From assembly GCF_009914755.1 (NCBI RefSeq), contig NC_060933.1: a DNA stretch of 64,000 nucleotides; one strand, written 5' to 3'. A model generated the notes under the pieces. That model was not told where the DNA came from, searched no databases, and worked only from the letters and a program-made list of their open reading frames with translations. Positions 57,000 through 64,000 of this stretch are shown here, piece after piece. A program made the translations under genes and the position numbers. The stretch comes from the human T2T-CHM13v2.0 reference genome, Homo sapiens. How positions within the stretch are numbered: the stretch's first letter is position 1; each line of letters opens with the position of its first letter.

Positions 57000-57590
57000 A
57001 ACATGACTAGACATTTAAGCAGCACAGCTATGGCAAAAGAAAACAACAACAAAACATCAACAGCAGCAGCATTCTGGAACAGAAATTCCATCCGAAGCAG
57101 AAATATTAGACCAGAGGCAACAAGAATTTTAAATTAACCTAATCAACGTATGAAAGAAGATAAAGGAAGATCGTAGCAATATGAAGCAGGAAAAACAAAA
57201 AGACCCAGGAGAAATACTGCATATGGGAAGTGGAATCATTACACAATGAACAGAACAATTGGAATGAATTGCTGAAGAATGAATTAATCAATGGGAAAAA
57301 CAGATCAAGGAAACCCCTCTGAAGGAGGAATCAGTAAACGAATGAACTAGTTAAGTAAAAGAAAAGCTACATGAGATGGATGCAGAAGCAAAAGTGCTAA
57401 CATCCAGATAGGAGATTCAGAAAGAAATCAAAATGGAGATGAAAAAATATTTGAGATAATAATGGAGAAAAATGTCCTGCAAAAATGGAAAGGACTGAGA
57501 GAGTGAAGAGAAGACATAAGGAAAAGCTACACCCAGAGATCTCATGGGGAAACATGAGACATGTTCAAGACACAGGAGGTAACAGGATGA
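57000..57590 (+). mobile_element. Ancient L1M ORF1-region relic
   Basis: A-rich; aacatccagataggagattcagaaaga...aaaatatttgagataataatggagaaaat resembles ORF1 'IFEEIIxENF' region. Confidence 0.55.
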
Positions 57591-57689
57591 AGCCAACATG
57601 AGTTGGAGGGAGAGGAGGTAAAAACTTTAGGTCCTAAACCTGAACCTGATCTGAGGCTCCAGTTCCCAGACTAGAGATCACCACCCTGA

Positions 57690-58051
<362 letters not shown>

Positions 58052-58709
58052 TGTCAGGCTGATTTCTTAGTGTCATTGTTAGATTCATGTTTCCTCCTCT
58101 ACTGCAAGCATCATGAGGGCAGTGGCTGCATCTCTTTGCTCCCAGGCATATATGGAACACGCAGAGTTACCACTAAATAGCTATTTGTTGGATGGATTAA
58201 TTCATATTCCAATCTAAGTATGTCATTGCCCAGTGACCATTCCTTGTGCCCCAGTGTCCCACCATGGGGACATGGCCTGCTTGGCTGGGATGCTGACATC
58301 CTGCCTAATGATGGCCAGCCACCTCCCCCAACCCAAAGGACTGGATCCAGCCTCCCCTGCTGCCCCATGCCAGTCACAGGTTGGGGTCTAACAGAATCAA
58401 ACCAAAGGTCCAACACGGGAATCCACTCTTCCCCATGCCATCTCTTTGTCCCCTTTGCCTGCCTGCTCGGTCCCAGTATTGGATTTAGAAAGGAGGAGAT
58501 TCTCATGGTCACACAGCACCAGGATGAGAACCCTAGACCTCCTGATTCTCAAAACAGGATGTTCTGTCCCACTTTACATTGAACTCAGAGGACACCCATG
58601 AATGCAAGTTTTCCAAAGTGGGTCACTTTTTAGCTCTAGATTTGAGGAAATGATGGAACACAGATACTTGTAAAGTCACTGCTATCCTCTTCCTGTCACT
58701 CCTGTAGTA

Positions 58710-58925
58710 TTAGCTCTGGAGTCAGACAGATCAGGGTTCCACCCCAGCTCTGACACTGGCTAGCTGGGTGCCCTTCCACAATCACATCTCTCTCTGAGCC
58801 TCAGCTTCCTCCCCTCTAAAAGGTGGATATTAATTCCTGAGTCCCAGGTGTGAGGATGAAAGCAGATCATGTGCATAAAGTACTTAGCACCATCCATGGT
58901 GCACAGTAGGCACTCAATAAATCTA
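58710..58925 (+). mobile_element. MIR SINE
   Basis: ctctggagtcagacagatcagggttc...gcacagtaggcactcaataaat. Confidence 0.85.
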
Positions 58926-59826
58926 CTTTCCCCATCTGCTTTCTTCCTGTGGCTCAGTGTGGCAAGGAATTTAGTGAGCACAAGGGTCATGTCTCTGTTG
59001 CTCATCCTTGTACCTCCACACAGTATTGGAGATATAGGAGGTGCTCCATAGATATTTGCTGACTGAGAGGATGAGTATGAATAAATGAGTAGATTAATGA
59101 GTGAATGAGAAGTTTTCCATTCTGATTAGGCTGGGAATTAATGGGAGGTGTTAGGTTGTATGATGGCCTTTGTTAGTGTAAAATAAGTCACTGAAATGGA
59201 GCAAAGCAATCCTTTCTGTCATATTACCAAATCCAAGACAGTTCTCATCCAGGAATTTACTGGGCCAACCTCACTGTCGGGAAAATGCCTAAATTCTCAG
59301 GAGACGAGCAGTGTGCTATGCCACATAATCTCAGCCTCTAATACTTAACACTATAAGCTCTGCTAATAACTCCAGGTCACTTGTTTAGGAAACAGAGATA
59401 AAGATTTGAAAATTTTGCATATTAACACATACAATCTACCACCCAATGTTGTTGACTCTGAGTCCTAGATATTTCAATTCACTTCCCTCCTGCTTGCGTT
59501 CTGAGAACACAGTTATTTCAGGACATGTAAATGGAGAGGGATCATTGCTATATGGTTTCATTCTGGAACTTTTATGTCATTCCACATAGAGCCAGTTTCC
59601 ACACACATTGCCAAGATAAGCCCCTTCCCTGCAGGAAGGAATGTTTCTGGAGCTAAACATGAACAATGATACCCTTAAGTTTGAGTCTGACTCTCCTAGT
59701 GATCTGTGACTTTCTGCAAATTGTATAAATTCTCAATGTTCATTCATTCATTCATTCATTTACTCCCTGCCTTCTTCCCCTCTCTTAATCCTGCTAATTT
59801 AATACTGAAACATAGACGTACTCTTT

Positions 59827-60360
59827 TGTGGCAGATTAAAGATGGCTTCTAAATCTTTGACCACCTTCCAGTCAAGAGGTTGGCTGCATGTGCTCTCTCT
59901 TTGAATCTGGGCATGCTCTGTGGCTGCTTGGACCAACAGAACACAGCAGCAATGATGCTGTGCCAGTTTCTAGGCCAAGGATTTAAGAAACCAGAAGCTT
60001 CTACTTCTTGTATTTGGGACCACTCTCTGGGAATTCTGAATGTCCTTAAAAGAAGTTCAGCTTCCCTGAGCCTACGGTGTTGGAGAGGACACATATAAGT
60101 GCTCTTGTCAATAGTCTCCACAAGCCTAGCTTTCCAGCCACTCTCCCAACCAGGGCACCAGACATGTGAGTGAAGAAGACACCATGTGGGTGGATTCTCC
60201 AGGCCCTGCTGTCCCAGCAGAAGCCTCATTGGTCAGCAATTAACTGCCCAGTTGAGCCATTTCCAAATTCCTGACCCAAAAATTATGATCAAAATAAAAT
60301 GGCAGCTTCAAGCCACTAAGTTATGGAGCAACTTACTAAACAGCAGTAGATGACCAAAAC
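59827..60360 (+). mobile_element. MLT1 (E/F/H-type) LTR
   Basis: tgtggcagattaaagatggc...ccaaattcctgaccc...aagccactaagttatggagcaacttactaaacagcagtaga. Confidence 0.85.
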
Positions 60361-60533
60361 ATCTTTTCTACAGAGAGCATCAGAGCACATTGTGATTGAA
60401 TCTAAAGGTGTGTTTGCTGTTGAGTTCTTCTTGTTTGTTGTTCATTTGGGGAATTCACGTTTGTAAACAAAAATCCAGAGAGAAGACAGCACCTAGAAAG
60501 AAAGGGAAGATCAAACACAAACAGGCCGTTTTA

Positions 60534-60885
<352 letters not shown>

Positions 60886-60899
60886 TTATAGTATTTATT

Positions 60900-61545
60900 T
60901 GACCAAACTACAATGAAAGAAACGCAATTTGAAACAAGAATGAATGTTCTTTCAGCTGTAAAATTAGCAAACTTTTTTTTAAATGATAATTGTCTATGCT
61001 GGTGGAAGGAAGTGGAGCACTGAGTACACTCAGAGACAGCCAAAGGGAGTAAAAGTGGGTACAATATTTCTGGAAAACAAATTGACTGGTAAATTTTAGA
61101 TCTGAATATCTCTCCTAGAAAAATAATCTGACATGTGGACAAAGATTTATGCAGAAAATGTGTTCATCACAGTGTCATTCATAATAGTAAAATATGATGG
61201 TTAAAAAATACTTAAGTGTTGGATTTCAGGGAATGGCTAAGTAAATTGAACTGCCTCCACAAGATGGAATATTGTGCCGCCATTATAAATGATGCTTATG
61301 AAGTGTTCTTAACGACATGGAAAAATGCTTAATGATATAACATTAAGTAAAAGAGCAAGACAGAAAAAGGTTATAAAGTATGATTTCAACTACTTTGAAA
61401 AGCATAAAAAGACTGGAAGGAAATACGATAAAATGTTAATAGTGTTTATCTGTGGGAGGTGGAATTATGGGTGGTTGTTTTTCTTATTTATTCTTTGCTG
61501 TATTTTCAACATTGGGGATGCATTATTTCTGCAATTTGAAGTGTT
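60900..61545 (+). mobile_element. L1ME 3' region
   Basis: aaattagcaaac...caaagatttatgcag...atggaatattgtgccgccatt...aaatgttaatagtgtttatctgtggg. Confidence 0.8.
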
Positions 61546-62354
61546 TTCTTTTTCTTTTAGCAAGAAAATGGATTGTCAACAGTGGTAAATCTTATGTCCA
61601 AGTTAGAAGGTATCGGGAGATTTTTAAGAGTCTCTGGGATTGAAAACCTGTGGTAATACAGACCTCTCAGGGTGAAGTTTACTTTTATCCCTGTCTATGA
61701 TAGGAACAATATTTGCTGAGTGCATGAATGGTGCAAACACAGACTCTGCTTCCACTTCAGGGTTTGATTTGATAAGTAAACACCCCTCACTCCCAGGATG
61801 TAGTTCTGGGCTCACCATATGAGACTCGTTTGGGACTGAGAAACTTAAAACCACTGAGGCAAATGAAAATAGGTCAGAATCCAGGTAAATTGTCCTTAGA
61901 CTCAAAATGACAAAGTCTTTGAATTTCAGACGCCAGGAATTGCTTCTGTGGCTCCCTGGGCACCTGTTTTTGTGGCAACTTCATACGATGTTATTTATGA
62001 AGAAATGAATGGGAAAGCAGAACTCCTCTAGTACGTAGAATTATAGAATTTGGGGGCTACGGGAGACTTTCAGAATCATATTTCTAGTCCAAATTTCTGT
62101 TTTACTCATGAGAAACACAAGCTCAAATAGGTGAGGGGCTTTGCGCAAGCTCAGCCAATGAGTCAGTGCAGAGCTGGAACTAAAACCCAGATCTCCCGAC
62201 TGTTGCTGCACCACTCAGTGCTGCCTTCTTCTGGGCCTGACTGGCATCAACTCACTTGGTGATACTCAGCTTATTTCTTTTGTTTATAGTCTGTATTTCC
62301 CATGAGTGCATGGACCTTGTCTACGAAGTACATGGTAGGTGCTCAATAAATATT

Positions 62355-62528
62355 TATTGAATGGAAAAATGGATGGATGAATGGATAATAGATAGATGGA
62401 CATGAACGGACGGACAGATGGAAGGAAGGATGGATGGATGGATGGGTGGATGAGTGGGTAGACGATAAATGGATGGATGGGTGGGAGGATGGGTGAATGA
62501 GTCAGTGGATGGATGATGGATGGATGGA
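62355..62528. repeat. Degenerate (GGAT)n after an L2 tail
   Basis: Follows gtaggtgctcaataaatatttattgaatgg. Confidence 0.9.
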
Positions 62529-62534
62529 CAACCT

Positions 62535-62790
62535 GAGGCAGAATGGTATAATGAAAAAGCCATGGAGTTTAGACCATGGGTTGACCTGGGGCCAAATCCC
62601 AGCACTGCCACTTGTCAGCTGCATAACCTCAAGTAAACAACTCAACTTTTCTGAGCCTCGGGTAATTTTCTTGTAAAATTGTGGTCATAACACCTCAAAA
62701 GTGTTTTGACAGTTAAATGAGAGGAGATAATATATACTGTATAAAAAGATTTTGCCAAATTCCTGCCACCACAGTAATTGTTAATTAAAT
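62535..62790 (+). mobile_element. MIR SINE
   Basis: caaatcccagcactgccacttgtcagctgcataacctcaag...ttctgagcctcgg. Confidence 0.8.
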
Positions 62791-63637
62791 GTTACCTTCT
62801 CTTCTCCTCCCATGAAAGGAAGTCTAAAGCATGGCTATTGTCACCTAAGTCTTGACATGGAGGTACCAGTTTCACACTGGCTTCAGATGTTTGTGTGTGA
62901 TGGACTCACCTGCATATTCTGGGACAATGTCTTCTCATATTGTGTCCATCAAAATAAGTGTCAGGTCAATTCAATAGCATTTATTAAGTATCTAGGTTAA
63001 TGCTAAGATCTAGAGAGGTCACAGAGAAAAGTTTTCAAGCCTTCAAGTTTTTGTAGAGAAAGAACTGATATATATTCAGACAATTAAGAAGTTTATGTAT
63101 CCATGATTCCTCAGCTCAGGAGAGGGGTAACAATATCCCTAGACCAGGCACAGATGGCTATAAGACAAGAGCTCCAGTCCGGCTCAAAATCTCCCCTTGT
63201 ATAGGAATCTCTAGGAGATATGACCCATAAACTCAAACTATTAGATGTCCTGGCTGAGATGTAGCACCTGCCATTTCCTCCTCACTCGGAGTATTGCTGT
63301 GTGGATTCACCTTCCTCCAAGTTCAGTGGTGATGTCAATATTTAAAAGGCCTCAAAGAAAGGAGAGCTCACTGTGTGGTGAGCAGCTAAGGATATCTCCT
63401 GGAAGAGGTGGCCCTGGGCTTAGAACAGGGACATACATACACACCATTTGTGCCCTTACTCCCCTACCTCATCCAATCAATTATGGCACACCTTACACTG
63501 AACTCAGAACCCTTCTCAAACCCAGGGTATTCCAATAGAAATTCCAAAAAAAATTACTAGAAAAGTCTCCACATTTCGTAGTAAAGAAATATATTTTAAA
63601 ACAATGCTTTGGTCAAAGAATAAATAATATTTAAAAT

Positions 63638-63969
63638 TAGCCAGGCTTGGTGGCTCATGCCTATAATCCCAGCACTTTGGGAGGCTGAAGCAGAAGGAGT
63701 GCTTAGGGCCAAGAGTTCAAGAACAGCCTGGGCAACATAGATAGACCTCATCTCCACTTAAAAAAAATTAATAATTTAAAAAAATCAGCTGGGTATGGTG
63801 GTGCACACCTGTTATTCCAGCACTTTGGAAAACTGAGATGAAAGGATTGCTTGAGCTCAAGAGTTTGATTGAGGCTGCAATGAGCTATGATTGCACCACT
63901 GTACTCCAGCCTGGGCAACAAAGTGAGACCCTGCTTCTAAAAGAAAATAATAAAGTAAAAAAAAAAAAA
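63638..63969 (+). mobile_element. AluJ inserted in an old L1 ORF2 fragment (~63500-64000)
   Basis: Diverged dimer with gaggctgcaatgagctatgattgc; flanks ggtcaaagaataaat...aaaattag / aaaatactttaactgaatga are L1 EN-linker-like. Confidence 0.88.
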
Positions 63970-64000
63970 TGAAAAGTAGAAAATACTTTAACTGAATGAT

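Overview
Primate (almost certainly human) euchromatic, repeat-dense DNA, either intronic or intergenic. I cannot support any intact protein-coding exon. The ORF-track hits are Alu, L1, microsatellite or chance ORFs, and the only real protein homology is decayed LINE-1 ORF1/ORF2. Much of the window is transposable elements: about 14 Alus (one an apparently unmutated AluYc1), a nearly full-length L1PA6-like element with an AluY and a younger L1 nested in it, two twin-primed (5'-inverted) L1s, many MIR/L2 relics, THE1/MLT LTRs, a probable MamGyp LTR, and hAT MITEs. The most interesting unexplained block is 22.1-23.5 kb: a candidate 6-nt microexon with strong splice sites, then an indel-free 26 x 32-bp minisatellite whose invariant core is an NR5A/SF-1-type motif, then a textbook recursive-splice-type AG|GTGAGT site. 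Other oddities: a probable unidentified processed pseudogene (6.56-7.09 kb), a polyadenylated orphan insert inside an L1, a 32-bp dispersed duplicate, a pre-miRNA-like hairpin inside a candidate exon, and a trimeric Alu. The host gene or locus was not identified. Subfamily names come from recalled consensus sequences, and boundaries of old elements are approximate.
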